From positions 186,001 to 250,000 of the forward strand of contig QPGO01000024.1 in NCBI GenBank assembly GCA_008632985.1: a stretch of DNA of 64,000 bases. The letters are read 5' to 3'. This DNA comes from Psammoneis japonica (lineage: Eukaryota). Shown here one piece after another: positions 47,765-59,039 of this stretch. How positions within the stretch are numbered: position 1 is the stretch's first letter; each line of letters begins with the position of its first letter. Under the pieces are notes generated by a model. It worked only from the letters and a program-made list of their open reading frames with translations, was not told the origin of the DNA and ran no database searches. Made by a program: the position numbers and the translations under genes.

Positions 47765-50700
47765 TGCCGGTGCACGCACGTGTGCGACAAACCATGGATG
47801 TGCGCCAAACAATGCTGTGCAGGGCCCCACCAGCAGGAAGAATCATTGCGGCCCTCATGGCAGTGAAAGTGGACATTGTGTGGTCAATGCAGTCATGCGA
47901 ACAAGGGGTGGTTGTCGAGCGCAGTTTTCGCGGGCTGTGCGAGTGAGGTCCGAATCGATTCTGGCGCCGTTGTCAGCGTGTTGCCAGGTTTTTGTTGTCG
48001 TCTCGGCATGGCATCGATGGTCTCTGTGTGCAGTGTGTCAGCAATCATTCCATGTGAGTGGTCTGGCCCAAGTGGGGTCACTCAGCATTTGCAAAGGGAT
48101 GGGCCAGCTCCATCCTCCCATTGAGGACATCTTGAGCTGATCTGGGATGAAGGGACATGTGATCCCCTGAGGCAACGGTGAGTTGCCCGTGCCAAAGTGA
48201 TGCTCATTCTCGCGTTGACACAGCCGCATGCCTCTGAACATGGCTTTTGCCATTTCTCAGCTGGTTTTGCAGAGATTCTGCGCAGCACTGCTTTGGTTTC
48301 CTTGCCAAGCAGTCCGTCGCATGATGCGACGAAGGGAGTGAAGTGGCGGCATTGCTCAAGGCAGGGCTTGAGGTGCTTGCACTTTTTCTCTCGTTCGTGT
48401 TGTTCCAGAACTTCTTCCGGTGTGTTGTGGACAGGTGTGACTTCACATCCGTGTCCGGAGTGCGAACATCCATGACGGTGTCTGCCCTTTTGTCCCAAAA
48501 TCCTTTGGACAAAAGATCTCCGTGATCGCCATCCTTGGACATGTTGGAGTTTGTGTTGCCTTGGGAGTTGTTGGAGGAGCCTGGGCTTCCTGAGATGTGA
48601 CCAATGAGGTTGATGAGGGGTTCGTCGCGCATGCAGGAGGGCTTGAAGGCCGCTCCAATTGGGCCGCCGAGGTCATCACGCACATCATCATGTCGTGAGA
48701 TGACCAGGCCGCCCTTTTTGCACTGCAGGGCATGGGCGGTGGAGAATTTGCAGGCACATCCATTGCAGTGCTCCGGGAGGTTGGGGGGAGTGCAGCCATG
48801 TTGTAGATGGAGCGCATCATGGAATTCTGGACAAGAGAGTTCCGCGCCATTTATGATCGATGGGTGCACCGACAGCCATGCTCCAGCACTGGTGCTGCAC
48901 TTGACAGCTCTGGCTTTGAGGTTGGTTGGAGTTGGGAGGATTGTCTTGAGTTTCTCCTCGTGCATCTTGGCTTTCCCATTGGCTGCTTCTTCTTTCACTT
49001 TGCGCATGGTGTCCTTGTGGACTGCTGAAGAGAAATCTGAGCGGCCGCGGAGTGAGTCTGTCACGTGAGAGCATGTGAGAGCACTTGCTTCACAGTTTTG
49101 GGATGCAGACTCCATTGGAGGAGGGATGGACAGTCCTGCAAATTTGATTGGGAGGGCAGATGGGGCCAGTCTTGGATCGTCGTCAGCCAAGGTCTCACCA
49201 ATTGGTGCTGGAAGGAATTGGTGCTGGATCGCGCTCTCTGCTTCCGCAAAGGATTCGCTGCAGTCCTTTGCTGCACATTGGACACATTGCCACTGGTGTT
49301 GCAGGGACTTTTGAAGACCGGTGCAGGTGGTCTGCGGGTGATGAATCGCGACATTTGCGAGTCCTTGGATGACCAAGGTCCACGACTCGGCTTTCTTTGC
49401 CAGCCATCGGTCGTGTGCATCCGTCTCTCTGACGAAGCCTCCAAGGCAGTGGCCACCTGAGCAGACAGTGAAGCCGAGGTCTCCAAAGTGCGCCCTGGCG
49501 CGTCCCAGGTTGTGTTCTGGGACCACCAGGATGTTCTTGTCATTGGCGGTGGGGCAGCAGCCATGCTTGGGTCCTTCAACTTGAAGAGTCAAGAAAAATT
49601 CCCGAAGGACATTGAATTTCCCAGCTGCAGTGGAGTCGTCAGCGTGCCATGGCGTGAAAGCATCTTGATGGATGTCACTCAGCTTGCGGACTGGTGGGAG
49701 AAGGCCCAATCCATGGGCTGCCATGCCAAGTGGGTTGCCCTGCATGACACCTTCCTTGCTGAATGGTGCAAAGGCGGTGCCAAAGTGTCCGCAGACAATT
49801 GGGATGCACCAATGCTTGCAGCTGTTGAAAGTGAACCTGGCGCCAGATGGCCAGAGGTGTCCAACGTTGTGTGACATTGGGACTCTGTTCTCCTTGTTGA
49901 AGCCGTTGGAGGCGTCGACGAAGAGGAAGCTGCAGTCATCCTCGAACTTGTGCTGTTCCCAGAGGAGATTCATTATGCAGAAATTGTGTGGAAGAGCACC
50001 AGAAACAATCAATTGTCAGTTTGTCCACCCTTCCGTGTTTGAATGTCAACTTCTCGGGAAATCAATTCAAATGTCATCTGACCAAAGGCGTCGCTCTTCA
50101 CCATGTAAATCAAAACACCTTTGGTCAGACAACATTTCAATTGAGTTCCCAAAAAGTTGCCAGCTCCAATCACCCTCCTGCATGACATTGTGTGTGTTTC
50201 CACATGATTCTTTGGCATTTTTCCTCATGCAAAATGCCAATTGTGACTCTTGCGACATTTTCGAATGATTCCCACTGTTGTCAAAAAACCGCCGGAGCTG
50301 ATGGCGACATTGACATGGCAAACAAGGTGTCCAAACATTTGTTGTTTCAAGTCCCACTGCAAGAGCAGGCTGATTGTGCTGCTGCCTTTCATTTGGGGTT
50401 GCAAAGGTGCTGTCACTGAACGGCAGTGAGCCGAGTTTTGTGCTGACACACTGCGCCATTGCACCCGTTCGTGACATGCCATGTTGTGCAGACAATGCAT
50501 CAACTCACCATTTGTTGGATTTGCTGCACCCACTGCATCAAAGTCTGAGTTTGTAAAAAAGGAAAGCAAACTCAAAATCAAAATGGTGCTGTCAATGCAT
50601 CCACGGCTCAGCGCCGCTTGTTGTCTCACTCAACTTTCTCGCCGCTGCAGTCAGCTCTTGTTGTCTTTCCCAGCATGAGCACATCAACAAATCCAGCATC

Positions 50701-51620
50701 ATCATGAAATTGTCAAACCCATTTGATCAGCGCTGCTGACCAGATGAATGTTTTTGAAGACTTTCACAAAGCAACTGCAGTGCACTCAGCCAAGTGCTCT
50801 TGAGCGGTGGAGAAAGTTCTTGGGCGGATGAGAGAGCAAAAATGAAGAATCAAGTTGGCGTGCGGTTCAAGAAAAAAGCATCCAAACAATGCTGACAAAA
50901 TTGTTCTGATGACATCATTTTACAGAGCAACAAACATCAGTGAATGGAGCGCTTCTCCCTGGCTTGCACACACTCTGGATTGATCACAAAGAGGATGAGG
51001 GCACAAGAAACATCAAATCTGAAAATGGAAAAAGTGTGTGGCGTGCAAATGAGCACTCATGGATTGCTCGCCCATTTGCAGGAGCAAGAAAGAGGTCAAA
51101 TGCAGTTGTCACTAGGTCAAAGACAAATTGGAGAGCAGAGCGTTGCCACAAAGTCAGCTTGTGATGATTCTGTCATCCAGCCTCGGTGTCGAGAACGACG
51201 GGTCAATTTCGCTTCATGTCGCACAGCGAGTCACATGTCTTGAACCCTGCATGACCCACTCAACTCAACATTTTTGGTGGAACTGTGTGGCCAGACTTTG
51301 ACCCCTGCTGCTGGAGCCCCAAAATGCACAAAATGCGAGCATTGTCAGTCTCATGCTCTTCAAACTGATGTCTCGCAAGAGTGTGCAAAATGACGGGCAC
51401 GCATTGTTTGTGGCATCTGGCACTTCAAAATTGAACTGACTTTTCATGGAGCACCTCTGTTGCACAGGCAAGTGCGAGAGTCAATTTGCAGTGATCGGTT
51501 GCACAACATACACCCCATTCCATTCATGCTGCACTGCAGATCTGCCACCGCGACGACGCGACGGTTGTTTTTTGAGGTTGGCCGTGGAGCGGAGACCCAA
51601 TGTCTCTCGCGCGAGCAAAT
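47765..51620 (-). mobile_element. Degenerate non-LTR retrotransposon with RT, zinc knuckle and restriction-like endonuclease (CRE-like), plus TpA-depleted flank
   Basis: VDASNGFN, EGVMQGNPL, WHADD (YADD), HALQCKKGG...RHDDVRD, GDLL..GFW...DVR, HEREKK.KH, FTPFV.S.DGLLG. Confidence 0.88.
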
Positions 51621-51799
51621 TCAGCTAGTCTGACGTCAGCATCGACTCGAAAAAAAAAAGAAGCGAAGCAAGTGCCGGTACATACTGTATTATAGTAGGG
51701 CCTACGAGCGACCGACGACGGCGCACAAGTCCCTTGCCCAATGCGATGCGTCACCTCGTCTCTCGATACCAACAAGACGAATGATAATCTCCGTATGAT

Positions 51800-53448
51800 A
51801 TGATGAATTTGTTGGGAAACTCACGACGATTGCCTTTGTCTGTGTTTTTGTCTTTGCCTTCCGCATGCTCTTGCGTCGCAATGCTTCAGTTTGCCGACGA
51901 GGGTGCATCCAATGACGAGGACACAAGAAACGTCGTTGCCAGGTTCCTCGTCAAGTCTGAATCTCTTATTCTGACAAGTAGCCAATCGGCTTTTACAGAA
52001 CGGGCCACATTGCACTTACACCGAGTTTTGCAGATGCTGGGGGTGCCAGAAGAGCATTTTCCGACTTCTGTGACAGTACTTCGGTCCGTCACAGCAATTG
52101 TTCTGACACTGGTAGCTTACTACTTGCTCTTAGGTAAGCGACACGTAAAAAGACGCGAGCGATTGGCAGAAGAACTAGAGGTTGCAAAAGCACAAGTACA
52201 CTACTTACAAGACAAGCTGCACGTTGCCAAAGCTCAAGATATCGCGAACGTTTCTCAAACCGCAAACAAGAAGCAGGTGCGGATCTTTATGGATGGTGCG
52301 TTCGATATGATGCACTATGGCCATATGAATGCCTTTAGACTTGCAAAATCACTGGGTACACACTTGGTGGTGGGCGTTAACTCGGACGATTCAATCACTC
52401 AGTGCAAGGGAGCTCCCTTGATGAAAGACCAGGAACGCCTTACTATGGTTTCAGCATGCAAATTCGTAGACGAGGTGATTCCGGGCTGCCCATACATTAT
52501 GAACCGCGAATACTTGGACTATGTGTTTGAGAAGTACGATATCGATTATGTGATTCACGGCGATGATCCCTGTATTGTCGACGGGAAAGATGTGTATGCT
52601 GCTGCCAAGGCGTCAGGGAAATTTCAGTCCATACCCCGCACAGAGGGAGTGTCGACGACCGATATTGTTGGAAGGATGCTGCTCATGACCAAGGAACATC
52701 ACTACCATCATGGGGTTGATCAATCGTCGGATGGTGATATGGAGTCACAACAGTGTGTGGAAAGTGGAGCTGTGCAGTTGCTTGGCCAGCAGTCCAAGTT
52801 TCTAACAACAAGTCGAATGCTTCGTCTTTTCAGCGCGGGGGTCAAAGCACCGTCAAAAGACATGCGCGTCATTTACATGGATGGGGCCTGGGACATGTTT
52901 CACTGTGGACATGTTGCCATTCTTAAAGCTGCGAAACAGGTGAGACATAGACGTTCACTGTTTTTCAATCTCCGTGATTGTTTGTGGCGTTCTCTAACAG
53001 CGCCTTTGCGTGATTTCAGCGTGGAGACTATCTAATTGTAGGCATTCACGGAGACGCAGTCGTCAATAGAGTGCGAGGGACTAATTTGCCTCTCATGAAT
53101 TTACACGAGCGTGTGCTGAGTGTTCTTGGCTGTCGGTTTGTCGATGACGTTTTAATCGACGCACCGTATGAAGTATCGCGCGAGATGATTGCGTTTCTTG
53201 GGATCGATGAGGTAGTTCATGGCACAAAAGGGGATGGCTTTGGCGACTCGCGCACCGACAACGAGAACCGATACAGACATCCACGAGCGGCTGAAATTCT
53301 CACTATTATTGATAGTCCAAGTGATTTCAATCTTTCAAGCATTGTGACGAGGATTCAAAAGAACCAGGAGACTTTTCAGACGAAGATTGAACGCAAGAAG
53401 AAGGCAGAACAACAATACTATGATGGAAAGTACGGCAACGAAACTTGA
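51800..53448 (+). CDS. PCYT2: Ethanolamine-phosphate cytidylyltransferase (two CT domains; intron about 52940-53019)
   Basis: DGAFDMMHYGH, HGDDPC, RTEGVSTTDIVGRML, second DGAWDMFHCGH, P.MNLHER.LSVL.CRFVD; start codon uncertain. Confidence 0.93.
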
Positions 53449-53507
53449 TCGCCACCCTCTAAGCTTCAACTTATAGTCAACCCCTTGAGTTTACTAGAGT
53501 GCAGTTT

Positions 53508-55728
53508 CTACTCTTGTAGTTTCTGCTCTTTCGCACGCTCTATTCTAGCCACCAACGGATTTGTTTCATCTTCTGCAATGGTGCGTCGGGCTGCAGTTCC
53601 GTGTATTGCATTCATGCGGTCATTATGCATAGCAACATTCTTTGAGGTGAATTCTCCAACAACCCCCTTGCGCTTATGTCGTTTTCGCGGCGGACCTCGA
53701 AATAAAATTTGCTCTCTGTCTGATTCCTCACTGGATGAGAGGTCGACTTTCTTGCTGGCCTTTATCAACATCACATTCTGATCAGAAGCGCTTGACTCGG
53801 TGTCTTCTAGTGACGTGTGACCCGAAGAGGACTCAAACATTGAGTCTCCGTTTTCTGACGCTTGTGCTGACGCTTGCACAAGTGCCGCTCTCGACAATCT
53901 AGTGGTAGAACTTGCTTTGTTCGTCAAAGCCGATTCTGTGCCGCCGGTGTTTCTTACTGGGCCTTCTTCATTTTTCCTCTCCTCCAAAGCTTCTTCATAA
54001 TTTTGTCTGAGAGACGTCAGGAATCCCATCAGCATACTCCCAGCATCCTCGTCTTCTTTGGAGCGGTTGTCTGTCTTCAACTTTTTTGATGCCGGCTTTG
54101 TCACCTGCGACGGTGGCATGGGTCGCTTGGGAGATTGTTTGTCAAAGGATTTAGATGGAGTAGGAGAATGGCGTACGGGAGCTATGTGTTGTGGAACGAC
54201 TTGATTTCCGGAGCCTGTTGTCGAAGGAGCAGGAGGCTTGGCGGGATAGAGAAACTGCGAAGGCGGAGCAATGCTCGACGGAGTTGCCTGTATGGGGGGA
54301 GAGCATGCCTTCAGTTGTGCCTGGAACGCGTTCTGCAGCTGCTGTTGGTGTTGCTGAATATTGGCCGCGGCCAACTGTGAGAGCGCAGGAGTTAGGGCGG
54401 CTGCTGCTTGCGCCCACGCGAGTGCTGCGATAGCATCGTTAGAGGGAGCTGGCGCAGGTCTACAAAGAAGAGAGGTAGAACACAAATAAGAAGAATTCGT
54501 ATCAGAAAGACTCAAGAACCCAGAGTGCATACTGTATACACTTCTCCCAGGTAAAATCATCGATAACTTACGTCACACTTGGAACTGCTGGGGCAGTACC
54601 TATACTACTTGAAGAAATGGGTAGCCATTGTGAAGGAGCAGGAGCCTGTATCGCCCAGGACGAGGCGGATGTAGCAGGAAAAGGCGCTTGCTGTGCTGCC
54701 GCCATCGGAGCTGCTGTAGGAGCTCCAGTCCCTGTCCCAGCTCCTGCTGCCATGACAAAGCTCTGTAGCCAAGAGGAAGCTGCTGCAGACGCAGTGTGAC
54801 GATGCGGTGCGAAGATGTTGGTTGCTCCGTTCGATAATGCAGGCATCACGTCTGCGGGCGGCAGTAATGGCAAGCCATTCTGACCATGTTCGATGCGGAG
54901 ACGGAAACGATGTTCGAGCTGAGCCAATTCAGCCTTCGCCATTTCAATGTCAGTTATCGTCGCTGGGGATCGATCACAAAGATGATACACGCGCTTCCCC
55001 AGGCAGGACGCACCGGCGTACTTCTTGGTGATTCGCATCGGGTCACAGTTCAGTTTTTGCGCTAGATACGAGCGAAGAGTCGTCCCTTCGGGTAGCGACA
55101 GAAGCCCTGTACTAAAATGGTGGATGATGCGCGACGTGTATTCTTCTTCTTCGACCTGTTGAAAATGTTGAAAGTGGACATCCACGAGTTCTGAGAGTTG
55201 AGAATGCTGAGTGCGAAAGAGAACACAATTGGTGATTGAGAACTTGTAACTTACAGTCCATTTTCCTTTTCGAAGCTTTGATCTATCTTTCTTGACTTTA
55301 TCATTCCTTTGCTTTGATGACGAGCTAGACGGTTCTGGAGCTTCGTCGTTCTGTGTTTCGGGGAGAATCTGAGTCCGTCCTTCTTCTTCCTCTAGTAGGG
55401 GACGCGATGGAGCCACAGCGACAAGAGACTGCGACAAAAGTTCACCATTTGTCGGCGCTGTGATTCCGTTCGATTCAAATTGATTTGTGCTATTCGATTT
55501 AGTGGCTTCTGTTTCAGTTCCGCCACCTGTTTGACGAGCGGGACTGTCAGTTGAGTTCGCAACGATCTCTTCCGTGCGCGAAGAATCCCCATCCGCCAAG
55601 GCAAGTTTGGTTCCCTCATCTCCCACATTTTGTTTTTCCGATGATCTACCCACAGAAAAAGACGAAGAGAACGCCTCTGAAACCCCAAGATGGCTAACGT
55701 TGTCCGTCTGCAATTTCGTGTCTGTCAT
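53508..55728 (-). CDS. Putative nuclear regulatory protein with an RKGKWT...CDPMRITKK (Myb-like) domain, 3 exons
   Basis: LRKGKWT|VEEEEY..RII..F..GLL.LPEGTTLRSYLAQKLNCDPMRITKK; low-complexity flanks; GT-AG introns near 55254-55157 and 54572-54459. Confidence 0.75.
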
Positions 55729-56412
55729 ACTTCTGTCAATACCGGTGCGATTTGATGCGAGTATTGTTCACTTGTCAAAGCTGTCTATTCCGACTGATTT
55801 CTTTTCGGATTCCGATGGCTTTGCTATTTAGACAACTTGACAACCAAGAGACGCTACTTGTGGGTGCATTCGTTGTGTAATTGGTTTCAAAACCAGGAGG
55901 TTTGATGATGAAGAGCGAGGTTACTGTAGTGCTTTTGTGGGTTCGTTCGCAGCTTTCGGTTTCGTACTCCTCCTTTGACAACAGGCAGCAACGTTGAAAA
56001 AATCGTCACTGCTTTGTGCAACCACTATTCTCGTCCCTTAAATGAAATTGCACGATGACGTCAACTCAATTTGAAATGTTAAATACATGTAATGACGTAC
56101 TTAGACGTGTCTCTGACCTCAATGTTTGCGAGGCGGGTGGGTGTGCCTGCTTCCTCACGAGTTTCACAGATGATAGGGAGGTCTTCTGTTGTGATGTCAT
56201 GGATACTTAAATAAAAGCGAAAGTGACAGGCAACAACGCACTTCTCATCTTTCTGTCGTCAGCCGCTCAGTCAGCAACTGTCACTCGTTTTCCGACAACG
56301 TTAAATGAAAGAAACGTGCGTTAAATGAACGTCATTATTATTTGAATGGCAAGTTGAAGTGAGCTTGCGGCGTCGCGCACAGCCATGTCCGTCCGTGCGT
56401 GATCGAACGGTG

Positions 56413-56453
<41 letters not shown>

Positions 56454-56454
56454 G
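56413..56454 (+). repeat. (TGTC)10 microsatellite
   Basis: Read directly from the sequence. Confidence 0.95.
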
Positions 56455-56831
56455 CAACGACAAGGGCATGTTTGCCTTGGCCCGCCCCCATGTTTGCAAG
56501 CAGCAGAATGCACGGAGAAAATGCACATGCTGACAGAGATCCCAGTCAGGGACAAAGGAATTCACAGCACATTGCAAACAGCAGCAAGCATGAATGCTGT
56601 GTTTTTGTGTTGGATTTGTGGTGCCTGCTGGCGACAGAGCATGCATCCTGCCAAGGACAGGGTGACTTTGCATGTCCCAACACAGCCATTTTCACTCACA
56701 TGGGTGCTGGCTGGTGCCATGTTGGCTGGTGTGGTGTTGGGTTGCAGATCCAGCACTGTGCACAGACTGCTGCAGCAGGGCAGGGGGGGGGGCAGCTCAC
56801 ATGCCAGATTCTGCTTGTGCTGCAAGGGCAC

Positions 56832-59031
56832 CAGGGCAGAGTTCTTCTTGCGCACCTCAGTTTGGTTTTGCCGTGTTTTTGAACAGAGTTCCCCGGGATC
56901 ACCACCTTTTTACCCTGTTTTTTTATGGAAAGGGTGTTTTCCTGGGGAATTGCCATGAATTGCCCTTCGTCACATAAATGCTCAATGCACGAACAAAAAA
57001 TTGTCCATCGGCAATTCCCCGTGCTTCCCCATCACCCGCAGATGTTGCACCCGCAGCACTCAACAGCTCGGAGCACCATCCACTCAACACAATGACAGCT
57101 GCTGCGGCTTCTCCACCGCTGCAGTGCCTTCTTTTGTTGCCACACCACGTTGATGCAGCATCTGCTCGCTGTCACGTTGATGGTGCATCTTTCTTTTTGA
57201 TGCCGCACATCCGGCATGTCATTTCATTGAGATGCACGTCCAACGTCTTTTTGTTCATGCTTCCTGCGCTCACCCGTGTCTTTTCATTCAGTTTCGCACA
57301 CCATCATCTTTGTCATTCACATTGCATGGGTTCACTTCCTCTCAAAAAATGCACGTTGGCACATGAGTGACGAAGAGCAGGAGGATGATGCTCGCATGAG
57401 TGTCGGCAGCAATGTCGCTGCTGTCGCTGAGGAAGAGGAGCTCTCAGAAATCACAAGCATCTGGGACGATGAGTTCACATCTAAGGATGCAGGCAGCTGG
57501 ACGTGTGGCTGGTGCAAGCACTCGTGCAAGGGCATCAAAGCTGCAAAAGCCATTGCCCATCTCTGCAAGATCAAGAGGATGCACGTCAAGCCCTGCAAGG
57601 CCAAGATCAGATGCCGATGATGATGGCGACAATGACGACAATGCCGAGTTGGGTGACAATGGGTCTGGCGCAGTGGACCTGGCAACAATGGCTCAGCAGG
57701 CGTGGAACAAGCGGCTGGTGAAGTTGGAGAGCAAGTTTGCCAAAGTCGCTTGGCTCCTCTGTGTGCAGCCAGAGGTCAGGGAAGATGTAGATGCCAGGTC
57801 AACTGGGGAGGATCAGAATGACATGATGAAGTCATGCCAAAGCTTCTCTCTCATGACGCAGATGCTGACGTTGCCCTCACCCTGGGCACGTTTTGGACAG
57901 AGCACAAGCACTTCTCCAAAAAGACGGGGCCATTCAGTCACATGAACAGGTGGAACGTTCCTGATGTCGCCAAGGGAAACTCTTGGTTGTGGCATGAGAA
58001 ATGCTCCTCCCACATGCCAAGGTTCTTGGGTTTGTTGCTTGCCGAGCTGCATCCAAGTTGCTGGGCATGGGTGCAGCTGAGAGGTCATGGGGGGCATCAA
58101 GCAGCTGAAGACTGACAAGCGTTCTCATCTGAGTGGAGACAAGACAGAGAAGCAGGCCATCATCTGCACCACGGTGCGGCTTCAGGAAGCAAGGCACGAG
58201 AGAATGAGAAGGAGAAATTGGACTCTGGCAAAGGGAGTGTGTGGGGCGACAATGGTGCCAAGTTTGACCTGGGTCTTGAGAGATTTGGGGTGGACGTGCA
58301 GAGCCTTGGAGATCTCCCAAAGTGGAAGTTCAGGTGCTGGCTGGAAGACTGGGAGCAGCCGCTGCTCAAGAAGAATGATCCAGTTGCGGAGGCCAAGCTG
58401 CTGGAGAAGTGCAGGGGCTTGACGTTTCATGTGGTGGACGACGACGCTGCTCACACCATGTTGAGCAGCAACCTTGACTGCCAGAAGGGTTAAATGGTGG
58501 GTGGTGTGTCCTTGGAATGCCTCCGGATTATGATGGTGTTGATGATGCAGCCTTGGAGCCATGGATGATCATGGGTGCTTGGTTGAGATGATCCAACAAA
58601 CCAAGCAGCCAGCCTCTGTCAATGTGGAGCTTTTGGAGATGGAGAACAGCAGTGGAATTGACAGCAGTGGCAGCAGCAAAGCAGATTAATTTAAAGTGCA
58701 ATTGCAACAGTCTAGAGTGCCGTGTGAATGACATTTTCTGCTCCACTCTACTGGAGCTGCTGCCAGCTGGCTGGCAGTGTGCAAGTTCTGTCTGCCTGCC
58801 GCACAAGATAAAAAAGCACATGCGCCAAGCCATGTCAATCCAGAATTGCCGCTTTCCACTCGTTTTTTGTTCCCCTCCCCTGACCTCTTTCAGACGTTCC
58901 TTCCCGCAAAATTACCCTCATTTCCCGGGATTGCCCCAAAAGGGAAAGGTGACTCCCCGTTGCCCTGGCCATTTTGGGGAATCCCCAAATGGGTAAAACC
59001 AAACCAAGTTGTGCACAGAGGCAGCACCCTG
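56832..59031 (+). mobile_element. Internally deleted, degenerate hAT-like DNA transposon
   Basis: BED-finger-like WTCGWC...AHL; C-terminal hAT-dimerisation-like LWHEK...SKLLG.GAAERSWG.IKQLK..KRSHL; imperfect terminal inverted repeats; no TSD found. Confidence 0.7.
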
Positions 59032-59039
59032 GAAGGAAG

